Part shown: piece after piece, positions 39,292 to 49,376 of the stretch
How positions within the stretch are numbered: position 1 is the stretch's first letter
Layout of the letters: every line of letters begins with the position of its first letter
Source: a virus
Reading direction: 5' to 3' (one strand)
IMG/VR virus record: IMGVR_UViG_3300010883_019551
Location: 15,700-79,699 of that record
DNA length: 64,000 bases
Notes under the pieces: model-generated
Databases searched by the model: none
The model's input: only the letters and a program-made list of their open reading frames with translations
What the model was told of the DNA's origin: nothing
Translations under genes and position numbers: made by a program

Positions 39292-39510
39292 CTAGCCTTC
39301 GTTTTTTACAATTTTCTGAAGCATTGGAATAGAGCTAGAAAATGTTGCATCAAGCGCAGCATTGACATGCTGCATAACTAAAGCAAGATCTTCATCGCTT
39401 ATCTCCAATTCGTTTCCGTTCCTAGCCTCAAGCAACCCGCTGGCTACTTTTGTCTTAGCAACTTCCATTATGTCTAGGGTCGCTCGACCCACTTTTGTTT
39501 CAAGTGACAT
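39292..39510 (-). CDS. Hypothetical protein
   Basis: AGGAG RBS; TATAAATA upstream on the minus strand. Confidence 0.6.
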   Translation of the reverse strand: MSLETKVGRATLDIMEVAKTKVASGLLEARNGNELEISDEDLALVMQHVNAALDATFSSSIPMLQKIVKNEG

Positions 39511-39571
39511 GTTTATCTCCTTTGATAGCTGTAGGTATTTATACAGCGAGGCAACCGACTAAGTAAAATTA

Positions 39572-40066
39572 CTATTTCGCATGCCAATCAGCGACACTCG
39601 TCGCTGCCCATGAATCGGGCTTAGCAACAAACTCAACGCCGACAGCACAGGCCCAGTTTCTAATAGTTCTAGTAAATTTAGTTGTTGGGTATCTTTCGTC
39701 TGTGTTAGTGTCAGAGTGCATAACAATTTTTCTATTGGGAAACTTGGTGTATATCTCTTGTGCCATGGCAATGGATCTTGCTGCTTCTTCCATTATTCTA
39801 TCTGCTAAATTGGTAAATTTTCTATTGGGTGTTTCTCTGGAAAAATAATAGAAAGCTCCATGACCTTGCTCGTATAAACAAATGACAGTTGCAAAAACAT
39901 GGTTACCATTAGTCCCTTTCTTTATATGAGAGTCAGTACCAATATGAATAGAATGAAAGTTATTCTTTGCAATGACCTTGATGATATCTTCTAACGACAG
40001 TACGTTGTCTTTAGACGGGGATCTCCATTGGTTTCTCCACCTTGTCTTTTTATCATCCTTCATCAA
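39572..40066 (-). CDS. RNase H-like YkuK (DUF458) family protein
   Basis: IGTDS, EEAARS, HSD, KPDSWAATSVAD. Confidence 0.85.
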   Translation of the reverse strand: MMKDDKKTRWRNQWRSPSKDNVLSLEDIIKVIAKNNFHSIHIGTDSHIKKGTNGNHVFATVICLYEQGHGAFYYFSRETPNRKFTNLADRIMEEAARSIAMAQEIYTKFPNRKIVMHSDTNTDERYPTTKFTRTIRNWACAVGVEFVAKPDSWAATSVADWHAK

Positions 40067-41486
40067 TCATTAACCATGCACCTATTTTATTCATCATCAC
40101 TGCATTTGCAATTCCAACTCTGAAGGCACATGCCATGCCCGGCGGAGAGAAACTAGTAATGTTTGAATCTATAAGTTTGCTAAGTACTCGGTCTGTTATG
40201 GGATCTATTTTTTGTTCTCTACACTTTCGCAGATTTGTTAGGCCGTAACGGGATGCTTGGCTATACATTCTTATGATTGTAGATATTCGATCTTGTCTAA
40301 TGCCACGTGATGATCCATGCTCTTTACCCAGGGTTATCGTCACACCTGAAGACATTAAGGAAAATATTCTTTCTTGTAATATTGATCGCTGCTCCCTAAG
40401 ACTCTCTTCAACACCCTGGCTCTGCTCCGGTGTAAAATCGCCAGTCTCATCCTCAGAATTTCTAAACGTTGCAGATAATTTATTTTGGATATTGTTTTTG
40501 TGAGATGTCACTCGCCCAGCAGCGCCCCGGTTCTCTATGGAGATTTCTTTAGGTGTAATACGGATATGATCAACTGATTTCAAATCATCCCACTCAATAG
40601 TGCTTATGAGTTCGCCCTTAAGGGAGGAAACAACATCACACCTACTACATACAGCAATGTCTACTAACTGATTAATTCCTCTAATGTCATAGGGTACTAT
40701 AACGGGAATAACATTTAGCCTGCCCTTAGAATGATTCACAGCTAGAGTATTAGTGACATCATCGTTAAAGCCTCTAGCAAATATTACAGCAGATTGCCCG
40801 GTTCTGAAGGACTGGTCCATAATATTATGAATTTCAGAGACTGACTCAACAATTCCGTCGATGCATACAATCTTAGATTTGTACAAAGAAACCAGCGATG
40901 TTTCTGCAGCTGACCAGAATAAGTCGCTTGAAGTAACTTTTATCACATACCCACTAGTGGAAGCAATCACTGTATGGATTCCAACTTCATCTAGTAAGTT
41001 GGCACTCGATGTCCCAGCCATTTCCAGAGTATTCTTAACAATCTCTATTTCGTATTTAGACCCAACAATTTGTTCAATAGACTCAAAGATATCTTGACTG
41101 CTGACACGCCTCGAGTTTATGCCGATCGATCTGTTTAATTTCGAATAGTCATACGAAGAACGTACGTTCATTAATTTATTTTTCTGAAATGATTTGCTAG
41201 ACTCGAGGAGGGCCAACAATGATATGATCCCAGACCCAGCCCATAGTCCTTCTGATGTCACCACTGTGTTAATCAATAGGTTTCTAAGGGTCTGATTCTT
41301 CGAATCATTAGGGATCAATTCTGTGATTACCCTTAGCACATCTCCGGGCAGCGCTTGAATTACTTTTTCACCATACAAAAAAGAAAGTTGATGACGCAGT
41401 ATGCCATCAACTTTCCCCTGTGTTTCATTGAGAAGTAATCTTATATTTTGGTCTATCTCACTTCGGAGTAATACTGATGTCGACAT
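40053..41486 (-). CDS. Divergent GroEL/Cpn60-like chaperonin
   Basis: Apical-domain similarity (KIVCIDG..ESVSEI...IFARGF..DV..TLAVN...LNV; L.DIAV); canonical GDGTT appears as GSGII. Confidence 0.7.
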   Translation of the reverse strand: MSTSVLLRSEIDQNIRLLLNETQGKVDGILRHQLSFLYGEKVIQALPGDVLRVITELIPNDSKNQTLRNLLINTVVTSEGLWAGSGIISLLALLESSKSFQKNKLMNVRSSYDYSKLNRSIGINSRRVSSQDIFESIEQIVGSKYEIEIVKNTLEMAGTSSANLLDEVGIHTVIASTSGYVIKVTSSDLFWSAAETSLVSLYKSKIVCIDGIVESVSEIHNIMDQSFRTGQSAVIFARGFNDDVTNTLAVNHSKGRLNVIPVIVPYDIRGINQLVDIAVCSRCDVVSSLKGELISTIEWDDLKSVDHIRITPKEISIENRGAAGRVTSHKNNIQNKLSATFRNSEDETGDFTPEQSQGVEESLREQRSILQERIFSLMSSGVTITLGKEHGSSRGIRQDRISTIIRMYSQASRYGLTNLRKCREQKIDPITDRVLSKLIDSNITSFSPPGMACAFRVGIANAVMMNKIGAWLMIDEG

Positions 41487-41496
41487 AAAACCGACC

Positions 41497-41760
41497 TTAG
41501 TTCAAGTCAGTGTTACTATTTCGACCAGAACTTCCTAGTGCGTTTAGGAATTTACCGATTGCTTCACCGGCATCTGTAATTGACTGAGCTGTGCCTTCAA
41601 TTGTTTTTGCCTGCTCTTGCTTTGCTTGCTGTTCTAGGCCGAGCCTCATTATTGCACCGAGTATTCCTAAACTAAAGAATACCCATCCTGGAATTATCTG
41701 ACCACCAACCAATAATATAGCTGATGACAATGTTAACACTTCTGGCATTTGAATCTTCAT
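41497..41760 (-). CDS. Small membrane protein
   Basis: Two hydrophobic segments, AGGAG RBS. Confidence 0.6.
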   Translation of the reverse strand: MKIQMPEVLTLSSAILLVGGQIIPGWVFFSLGILGAIMRLGLEQQAKQEQAKTIEGTAQSITDAGEAIGKFLNALGSSGRNSNTDLN

Positions 41761-41771
41761 GAAATCTCCTT

Positions 41772-43709
41772 TTAGCTATCACGCCACAGATTATTACTGG
41801 CATAAGTTAAAATCTCTTCTGCAGAGTCTGCATTATACCCGTACTCATCAATCATAACCTGCACCATGTCACTGTATTTCTTTTGTTGATCATCATCTCT
41901 AGTCTTAGACTTTGTGACGATTCGTGCCATGTCTTTGACAGATGAGATAAGATACGATTCAATTGCTTCCTTGAGCGGCTCATACGATGTGTAATCAACT
42001 GTGTCATTTCTTCTCATTCTAGCAAACATGTAAGCTGTAACATCACTTCTGAATCCGTCTCTAGCTGATCCTGTGATTCCGATCTGTTCTTCGATTGACT
42101 TCATGAAGTTTTCGTCGGGTTCCATTTCCTGCTTAGTGATCTGATCTTTAAGCTTCTGACGTGTTGTGTAAGCTTCTGCATTATCTAGATACGCATCAAA
42201 CAAGGACTGGGCTTGCTCTTCATAAGCAGTAATAAACGCCTTGGCAATTTCTGTCTCAAGAATTTTAAGGTATTCTTCTCTTACTACCTGTTGAATAAGC
42301 TGTAAGCATGTTTCCTTAAAGTCCTCATCTATTAATTGCTCTTTGATCTGCTTTCTGAGAGAGTTAATAATAGATACCGGCGTGATAATATTTTTTTCTG
42401 CGTCTGACAAAGCATTGTCGATGGCCTTCATAATAAATCTCGTTGAGATTCCGGACATACCTTCGTTTGGTGCTTCCTCTCTAAGATCTCGAATATCAAC
42501 CTTCTTTACACGCCCCTTTTCAATAACATCATCGCCGTTATAAATTTTCATCTTTGTCAAAATATCACACTTTTGTGATTGCTTAAGACGAGACATAACA
42601 GAGAACATTGATGCAACACGAAGTGTGTGAGGTGCGATATGTGAAGTGAAGTCTGATCTACCGAGAATTTTCTCATAGATCCGCATTTCCTGATCTAGCT
42701 CTAGAACATACGGGACATTAATCTTTACCACACGGTCTAGAATAGCCTCGTTGGTGTGTTCGCTCTGAAATCTATTCCACTCTGACTCATTACAGTGGGC
42801 CAGAATGACCCCATCAAAGTGAAGCATATCATGCTTACCGGGACAGGGAACTCTCTTTTCCTGCGTTGCTGTAATAATAGTATGGAGAAATTCAATTTCA
42901 TTTTTGAATACTTCAACTAGCTCAACAATACCTCGATTACCGATATTGAACGCGCCTGTCAAGGAGAGGACACGTGGGTCGTCTTCTGAATATCGATCCA
43001 GCTTGGAGATATCTTCTGAGCCGATTAGAACACCGACATCTTGGCTGTTAGCATCCATAGGTGGAACTGATGCAATTCCACGACGTCCTCGCTGGGAAAA
43101 CGTGGACTCAACGACAGTATACTCTTCGTACTTTCCTTCAAGCTCATGCATTAACTTGTGGCGCGCAATAGGACTAATATCGCCCTCGATCTTTGTGCCA
43201 AGTGCCTCTTCAAATTTCCCGCGTAAGCCTCGAGGAATCAACTGCAAGGGTTCACCTCGTTGTGGGTCACCTTCAAGATGGTAATACGACAGTTGTTCTA
43301 TAGACTCCTTAATATGTTCTGTTAATGCAGATTTTCCAGCACCAACAGGACCCATTAAAAGAATAACCTGGCGTGATTCTTCGCCTCTTTTAGCCGCTGA
43401 CTTGAGAAACCTCATTATCTTTGCGATGACTCGCTCATGACCAAAAAATTCGGTTTGGAAATAATCGTAAATCTTGATGTTGTCACCATCAAATATTTTA
43501 TTTTTACGAATATCAGACTCAGGCATTGTCTCCATACCATAATCCATAATGGCATGATATAGGCGCTTATGCGCTAGTTTAGTGATACTAGGATCTTCCT
43601 TGACCAAGTCAAAATAGTCTAGAAGCGTTCCCTTGAACTTTTGCTTCTTTTTCTTACTTCTCTGAGTCTTTATCAGATCTAAAAATTCATTTTTCTTCTT
43701 AGTAGCCAT
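41772..43709 (-). CDS. prkA: PrkA/YeaG-family AAA+ protein (annotated as serine kinase)
   Basis: GPVGAGKS, GAFNIGNRGIVELVEVFK, NEAILDR, EGMSGISTRF. Confidence 0.95.
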   Translation of the reverse strand: MATKKKNEFLDLIKTQRSKKKKQKFKGTLLDYFDLVKEDPSITKLAHKRLYHAIMDYGMETMPESDIRKNKIFDGDNIKIYDYFQTEFFGHERVIAKIMRFLKSAAKRGEESRQVILLMGPVGAGKSALTEHIKESIEQLSYYHLEGDPQRGEPLQLIPRGLRGKFEEALGTKIEGDISPIARHKLMHELEGKYEEYTVVESTFSQRGRRGIASVPPMDANSQDVGVLIGSEDISKLDRYSEDDPRVLSLTGAFNIGNRGIVELVEVFKNEIEFLHTIITATQEKRVPCPGKHDMLHFDGVILAHCNESEWNRFQSEHTNEAILDRVVKINVPYVLELDQEMRIYEKILGRSDFTSHIAPHTLRVASMFSVMSRLKQSQKCDILTKMKIYNGDDVIEKGRVKKVDIRDLREEAPNEGMSGISTRFIMKAIDNALSDAEKNIITPVSIINSLRKQIKEQLIDEDFKETCLQLIQQVVREEYLKILETEIAKAFITAYEEQAQSLFDAYLDNAEAYTTRQKLKDQITKQEMEPDENFMKSIEEQIGITGSARDGFRSDVTAYMFARMRRNDTVDYTSYEPLKEAIESYLISSVKDMARIVTKSKTRDDDQQKKYSDMVQVMIDEYGYNADSAEEILTYASNNLWRDS

Positions 43710-43727
43710 GTTTATGGTTCTCCGATT

Positions 43728-45038
43728 TTATATTTCCCAAATGTCACCTTCGACTTCAGTATATAGTTTGACAACGTCACCCCAAAGATGACTAATATGA
43801 AGCACAACTTCATCAGCATGCCCCAAATCTATGTCTCTTCCATCGTGATCGTGTCTTAATACTAATACATTCCCATCCTCTACATCGTCTACGTAAATAA
43901 CAGGTATCCCGTTTGTTCCAACTTGTGAAATAAGATCATCTCTAACCTTTTTCCACCCGCCTTCGTCGGAGATGTCTGTTATCTCAAGCTGCTCCTTGTT
44001 CTTAGCGTAGCTAAACAATCCTAAATCGTAACAGTCTTCTTGTGTAAGGTATTGTCGTAAAAAAGAGACATCATGTGCTGTTTCTCTTGCAAGAAAACAT
44101 TCTTCTATACCATGCCTCTCTTCGATACGCTTGAACATTTCGAAGCCAAGGTGATAAGGATTTAAGCCGCCGATATGAGGGCGAACAACTTGATTGTGAC
44201 TCTTAAGAAACGGGATATGGTACTCTTGAGGTAACTCTAGTTTGTGCATAAGGCGATAGTGCCAAAACGATGCCCACCCTTCATTCATAATTTTAGTTTG
44301 CATTTGGGGAATGAAGTACTTTGCTTGGTCTCTGCATATTTCTATTACATCCTGTGTCCAAGGCTCTAGCTTCGCATGATTATTAACAAACTCTAGTACA
44401 TCATAATTGGGCTCTAGAGGCACTTTGTTAATATCAAATTCTGAATAAATTCCGTCCTCATCGTTGTTTATTATATCAACGTACTTCTGTCTTATCTGTT
44501 TTTCTGTCTGTTTCATGAAAGGATAGCGATCAGTTTGAAACTGTACAGCATGACATGCGTCAAGAATTTTTTCTACTTTTTCAATACCAATGTTGGGATT
44601 CTCTACATACTTTTGAATTCGTTTCTTACCATTTCGAAATCTCTGTATAACAGTACCAGCTCTAGTATCTTGGAACATCCTGTTGTTCTTAAAGAAGTCA
44701 GAATGTCCCACACAGTGACACATGATAAGAAGCTGTAGGTATGCTGGGTTTTCTCTCATTAGATAGGCGATGGATGGGTCGCTGTTAATAATGAGTTCGT
44801 ATGGAAGACCTTCCTGGCCCAGATTATATTTTTGATGTGTTACTTCAAATGTCTTGCCATGTGACCAGTGACCATAATGAGATGGCATGCCATGATACGA
44901 CATATGACCAATCATACTATAGTAATCACAAATTTCATAATTGATAGGATACCAATCAAGACCTTCTGACTGTGCCAGGTCAATAATCTTGTCATCCCAT
45001 TCTGTAAGAAAATCTGTATTCCAGTCTACATTAAACAT
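43728..45038 (-). CDS. spoVR: SpoVR/YcgB-family protein
   Basis: YELIINSDP, HCVGHSDFFKNN, PQMQTKIMNEGWASFWH, LNPYHLG. Confidence 0.95.
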   Translation of the reverse strand: MFNVDWNTDFLTEWDDKIIDLAQSEGLDWYPINYEICDYYSMIGHMSYHGMPSHYGHWSHGKTFEVTHQKYNLGQEGLPYELIINSDPSIAYLMRENPAYLQLLIMCHCVGHSDFFKNNRMFQDTRAGTVIQRFRNGKKRIQKYVENPNIGIEKVEKILDACHAVQFQTDRYPFMKQTEKQIRQKYVDIINNDEDGIYSEFDINKVPLEPNYDVLEFVNNHAKLEPWTQDVIEICRDQAKYFIPQMQTKIMNEGWASFWHYRLMHKLELPQEYHIPFLKSHNQVVRPHIGGLNPYHLGFEMFKRIEERHGIEECFLARETAHDVSFLRQYLTQEDCYDLGLFSYAKNKEQLEITDISDEGGWKKVRDDLISQVGTNGIPVIYVDDVEDGNVLVLRHDHDGRDIDLGHADEVVLHISHLWGDVVKLYTEVEGDIWEI

Positions 45039-45039
45039 T

Positions 45040-46239
45040 TTATGCGGATCCCGCCGGAATTGCTACTCTTTTACCAAGTAGTTTCTTGAATGCCGGCCAG
45101 ATGTCTTCCTTCTGATGAATCTTTACAATCTTAAGACGCTTGTCTTTAATTGTTTCATAAGTCGACGACATTCTTGATCCCTCAGATATCCACTTAAGTC
45201 TGTCTGAATCCGGCTCAATTTCACAATAGCCAAACAGCTGACATTTTTCTTTAATTGTCTCTGCTATTTTAATAGTTGCTGGTAGATCTGATGGCCAGTT
45301 ATCCCCATCTGAGCACTGGAAAAGATAAACGTTCCATGCAGAAGGATGATATCTCTTGTCAATAATTTCATTGACTTTCTCCAGACCTGATGAAACTATG
45401 GTGCCCCCACTATTCCCTCTTCTAAAGAATCTGTCTTCATCAACTTCGTAAGCAGAAGTATCATGTGCAACAAATACTACTTCACAATTTTCGTACCGGT
45501 TATTGATAAAGTGATAAAGAAGAAAGTAAAAGCTTCGGGCTAAAAATTTCTTATGCTGGGTCATTGAACCAGAGATATCCATTAAAAAGAAGATAACAGC
45601 GTTAGAGGATTCTTTGAGTGTCTTTTTTATGTGACGATATTTGAGGTCATTTTGATTGAATAGAAATCTTTCTCCATCATCTTCGCCGCCCTCTTCAATC
45701 CTTCTTTTTTCCGCTGCCTTCTTTCTCCTGATCCTATTGACCGCAGTCTTTTTCTTATCAAGGCGAGGCCGTATTCCATCATTACGATAACCGTGTCTTT
45801 TCCATTTCTCTCCGGTCACGTTTGTGATTGACTTTCTCTCTAAGTCCGGAAGCTCTAGATCATTAAAAAGATAGTATGTCAACTCCTCAAGCGTAATTTC
45901 TACTTCGTAGTATTCTTCACCTTGCTCATCGCCTGCCTGATTACCTTGACCTTGCTGACGCTGCTGAGCATCTCCTATCTTTTGTCCACGCTTAATATCT
46001 TTGCCTGGAGCAGACCCTACTTTTTTATTTTGATTGTTATCGCCGTAGACAAATCGGTACTCTTTGATTCCTCGAACTGGGATCTTAATCTTCTTCTTGC
46101 CGTCCTGGCCAATAATAGACTCTTCAGCAACAATACTGTGTACACCATCCTTGATGGCTTCTTCTATTTTTTTGTTATGCCGACGTCGGTCAGATGCCGA
46201 TCTGTCTGCGTTTGTATTGTGTTCTCTGAAAATGGACAT
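45040..46239 (-). CDS. yeaH: YeaH/YhbH (DUF444) vWA-domain protein
   Basis: MDISGSM MIDAS, GGTIVSS, WNVY..CSDGDNW. Confidence 0.93.
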   Translation of the reverse strand: MSIFREHNTNADRSASDRRRHNKKIEEAIKDGVHSIVAEESIIGQDGKKKIKIPVRGIKEYRFVYGDNNQNKKVGSAPGKDIKRGQKIGDAQQRQQGQGNQAGDEQGEEYYEVEITLEELTYYLFNDLELPDLERKSITNVTGEKWKRHGYRNDGIRPRLDKKKTAVNRIRRKKAAEKRRIEEGGEDDGERFLFNQNDLKYRHIKKTLKESSNAVIFFLMDISGSMTQHKKFLARSFYFLLYHFINNRYENCEVVFVAHDTSAYEVDEDRFFRRGNSGGTIVSSGLEKVNEIIDKRYHPSAWNVYLFQCSDGDNWPSDLPATIKIAETIKEKCQLFGYCEIEPDSDRLKWISEGSRMSSTYETIKDKRLKIVKIHQKEDIWPAFKKLLGKRVAIPAGSA

Positions 46240-46283
46240 AATTCTACTCTAAGTATGGTCTGGGATTTGCTGCAGTAAATCTC

Positions 46284-47282
46284 TTATGTATCATTAACGA
46301 CACTCCTTGCCCACAATATTGCCGGCTTGAGGTAATCATAAACGCGGTTCTCCATGAAGTCCCAATCAACCCATGCAGCAGCATGATGTTCAAAGACTCC
46401 AGTGTGAGGATTTTTCTTAACTGCTGGGTCCTGTGTTGTTTCTGCAATGTATACTGTAATATTAGCTTTACCAGAAATTAATTTGGGCTCTTTACCCCAT
46501 CTAAAATTAAGTTCTGAGATATCGGCTTCTTCTAGAGTTTCTCTGAGAGCTGTTGAGAAAGTGTCTTCCCCTTCTTCAATGCCGCCCTTAGGGATATCAT
46601 ACTTGCCATAAAGTCTAAGACCCAGAACTTTCCATTCTTCGTCTATTCTTTTGACGACAACCACGCCGGCGCCATCAGGCAAGTTATTTTTTGTGATCTT
46701 TACAGACATCTTGTCTTCCCTTAGAATTGTCCTGATGATCTTCTTCAAGTAAGAAAAAGATTCAGCAACTAGCGTTGATTGAAATTTGATACCAGAGTCA
46801 TCTACAACTCTTTTAATAGCACGTATATTGTTAGCATTGTCTTCATAGACATGCACTAAATCATAGTCGCCTGTCTTAATTCGACTCATGACATACTTTG
46901 CCTTTACCATTGGGTTTGAGTCACCGACAGCCTGGATATCAATACCGGTAAGACCTTGATCTTGAAGATACATTCTGACCGGTTTATCTGCAGCCCGGGC
47001 AGTAAGAATTACTATGTTCTCAACCCCATGCTTAGCTATAGCATTATTCAATGCGCCAAAAGTGCTATCGATAGGCTCAGCGCCAGGAGGATATGAATCA
47101 AATTCGGCGTAGTCGAATTCATCATCGCGCTCCGCAGTGTACTCAGCATACTCTTCAGTACTCAGCATCTCTTCGGATCCGTCGCTGTGAATTACCCTAA
47201 CACGCGCTGTTGATTTAATCAACGTGTCGTCAAAGTCAAATATCGATAGTACATTTCCCAAATCTTTCCATCCTACTGACAA
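46284..47282 (-). CDS. HAD phosphatase-NUDIX hydrolase fusion
   Basis: FDFDDTL / LTAR / YEDN, then Nudix box GGIEEGEDTFSTALRETLEE. Confidence 0.85.
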   Translation of the reverse strand: MSVGWKDLGNVLSIFDFDDTLIKSTARVRVIHSDGSEEMLSTEEYAEYTAERDDEFDYAEFDSYPPGAEPIDSTFGALNNAIAKHGVENIVILTARAADKPVRMYLQDQGLTGIDIQAVGDSNPMVKAKYVMSRIKTGDYDLVHVYEDNANNIRAIKRVVDDSGIKFQSTLVAESFSYLKKIIRTILREDKMSVKITKNNLPDGAGVVVVKRIDEEWKVLGLRLYGKYDIPKGGIEEGEDTFSTALRETLEEADISELNFRWGKEPKLISGKANITVYIAETTQDPAVKKNPHTGVFEHHAAAWVDWDFMENRVYDYLKPAILWARSVVNDT

Positions 47283-47760
47283 GAGAAGAGCTGCTTTGAA
47301 CCTTGCTGCCTCCTACATTAAATAGGACCTCACACTTAATAACATCACATACTTTAGATTCAGGCACATTTTCGAAAGAATCTCGGTCACCGCCCTTGCA
47401 AAAAAAGTCAGGAGAGAGAATTTCTAATGCACCGCACACAGTTTGACTTTCATCATTCCAAAGTACTGCAAAGTCTACGCTACGGAATCCAGAAATGATC
47501 TCTAGACGTTCTTTCTCATCCATGAAGGCAAACCCCTTCTTCCGTTCTAAGAACCCATCTCCGTTAACTATGATCACTGTAAGGGCATCCTCATGGCGGT
47601 TCCAAGAAATACTACGCATTTCATCGAAACATCTTAAGTGTCCCACGTGTACAGGATCAAACCCACCGGATGTAGCAAATATCTTTTTGCCCGGATGCCA
47701 CTTGTTCAAATGTGCCTTAAAGCGTTCGATATCTGTAAACCCTTTTATTTCTTGAGACAT
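47236..47760 (-). CDS. HxGH cytidylyltransferase-family protein (TagD/FAD-synthase-like)
   Basis: GGFDPVHVGH, KGGDR, KVQSSS. Confidence 0.88.
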   Translation of the reverse strand: MSQEIKGFTDIERFKAHLNKWHPGKKIFATSGGFDPVHVGHLRCFDEMRSISWNRHEDALTVIIVNGDGFLERKKGFAFMDEKERLEIISGFRSVDFAVLWNDESQTVCGALEILSPDFFCKGGDRDSFENVPESKVCDVIKCEVLFNVGGSKVQSSSSLVSRMERFGKCTIDI

Positions 47761-49358
47761 GATTGAAATCCCTCTGGAAAGTATTGTTTATTTCTAGAGT
47801 AGAAGTAGCCAAAGTCTGAGTCTAAAATGTAGGTAACCGCGTGGTCATGATCGCTTCTTACACTTCGTCCGACTGCTTGCACAATTGTCTTTGCAGTCTG
47901 GAGAGGATACCACCACTTCCATTTATGCATGCGCTTTTTGACCAGCTTATCACCAAGATATGGATAGGGTACTTTGCATACTACTTGAAATCTACTTGCT
48001 TCGTCTACTAAGTCCACACCCTCTGTCATCGAAGGCGAAAGCAAAACAGTGGGCTTCTTTGACGTCAGATGTTTCTTAAGCACTTCTTCTCTGTTGGTCG
48101 AGTCATGAATAAGAATTCGTCCGGACTTGATATTGCGCTTAAGATAGTTTGCGATTTTATAAGAATGAGCATGAATGATACCCTTTTCATTCTCGTGTTG
48201 TTCTAGAATGCTCTCAATTGCCTGGGCTAGTTTTGGTAGAGTTTTGTCAATTTCTTTGTAAGACATCTTTCCGATAGCAAAAGAAAGAATGGGTCGATTC
48301 TCTACGGGAAATGGAGAGGGTAAGGAAATAAACGCTGCTTCCTCCGGATTAATACCTAGGGTCCGACAAAACCCCTCTTTGTCTAAGATTGTAGCAGACA
48401 TCATGATAACTTTTCGTCCAAGACTAAACAGGATATCTTCTGAGTATGGCGCTACATCGATTGGCTTAAATTGCAAACGCTTGCTTTTTCGACCATCAGC
48501 AGGAATAACTTCGAAAACCCAGTTTTCACTATCATAAATTTCTAGAAATCGTTTAATCTTAGCATAGTGTCCGTCTAAGAGCTCCAGCTGGCGCGCCAAT
48601 GTAACAAAGTCTTTAAGCTTACTTTTAAGTCCGGAAAATTTCTCCATCATCGAGGCAACATGCTTTTTGTAAGAGACGAGCTTAGGATAGTAAACTTCAG
48701 ATATCCATTTGTAAGCCTGAACTTGTGTCTTGAGATACGGCAGCTGCAACTTAAGCATTGATTTAGAAAACCTATCGGTGACAGTAATTTCTACAAATTT
48801 ACTAAGTTCTGACTCTGCGTTGTGTGCCTCATCGACCACAAGAATATTTCTCGGCTTAATTCCCTTAGAGTAAGTTGACTCTGTGAGAAGATACGGAAAG
48901 TTTGTTACACTATTCTTAGATGAGATAAAGTCTTCTTTTGATTTTCTATACACACATTTGAATGTACACGCCTTGAAGAATCTAGATGATTTATCTTCTA
49001 CTCTCAATTCCTTAAGACTGTCACCGCAAGTATTTCCTTTCTTAAAACTACATGTGTAATTAGATGAGCTTTTAATAGAGCGCATTCCTCGAGTTGCGAA
49101 GTCATTGATGTACTGATCCTGCAGAATTTTTTGTGTTGTAACATACAAAGAACCCGGAACATATTTGTCATTTGTCATGATGTGTTGGTTTATATAGTTC
49201 GCAGCTGTGTATCCAATTGCACTTTTCCCAACTCCGGTACCGGCTTCAATAATAACAAATCTCTTGTCATTATTCAACAAAGCATCAATGCTAAAATTAA
49301 TTGCTTCTTCTTGCTGCTCACGGATGACAGGGTACGGAAAAATCTTTGAGTAATCCAT
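47745..49358 (-). CDS. DinG/Rad3-like SF2 helicase
   Basis: Q-motif REQQ, EAGTGVGKS, DEAH, SAT, EGVD, QAVGRSVR. Confidence 0.92.
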   Translation of the reverse strand: MDYSKIFPYPVIREQQEEAINFSIDALLNNDKRFVIIEAGTGVGKSAIGYTAANYINQHIMTNDKYVPGSLYVTTQKILQDQYINDFATRGMRSIKSSSNYTCSFKKGNTCGDSLKELRVEDKSSRFFKACTFKCVYRKSKEDFISSKNSVTNFPYLLTESTYSKGIKPRNILVVDEAHNAESELSKFVEITVTDRFSKSMLKLQLPYLKTQVQAYKWISEVYYPKLVSYKKHVASMMEKFSGLKSKLKDFVTLARQLELLDGHYAKIKRFLEIYDSENWVFEVIPADGRKSKRLQFKPIDVAPYSEDILFSLGRKVIMMSATILDKEGFCRTLGINPEEAAFISLPSPFPVENRPILSFAIGKMSYKEIDKTLPKLAQAIESILEQHENEKGIIHAHSYKIANYLKRNIKSGRILIHDSTNREEVLKKHLTSKKPTVLLSPSMTEGVDLVDEASRFQVVCKVPYPYLGDKLVKKRMHKWKWWYPLQTAKTIVQAVGRSVRSDHDHAVTYILDSDFGYFYSRNKQYFPEGFQSCLKK

Positions 49359-49376
49359 GTATACCTTCCTTAAATG

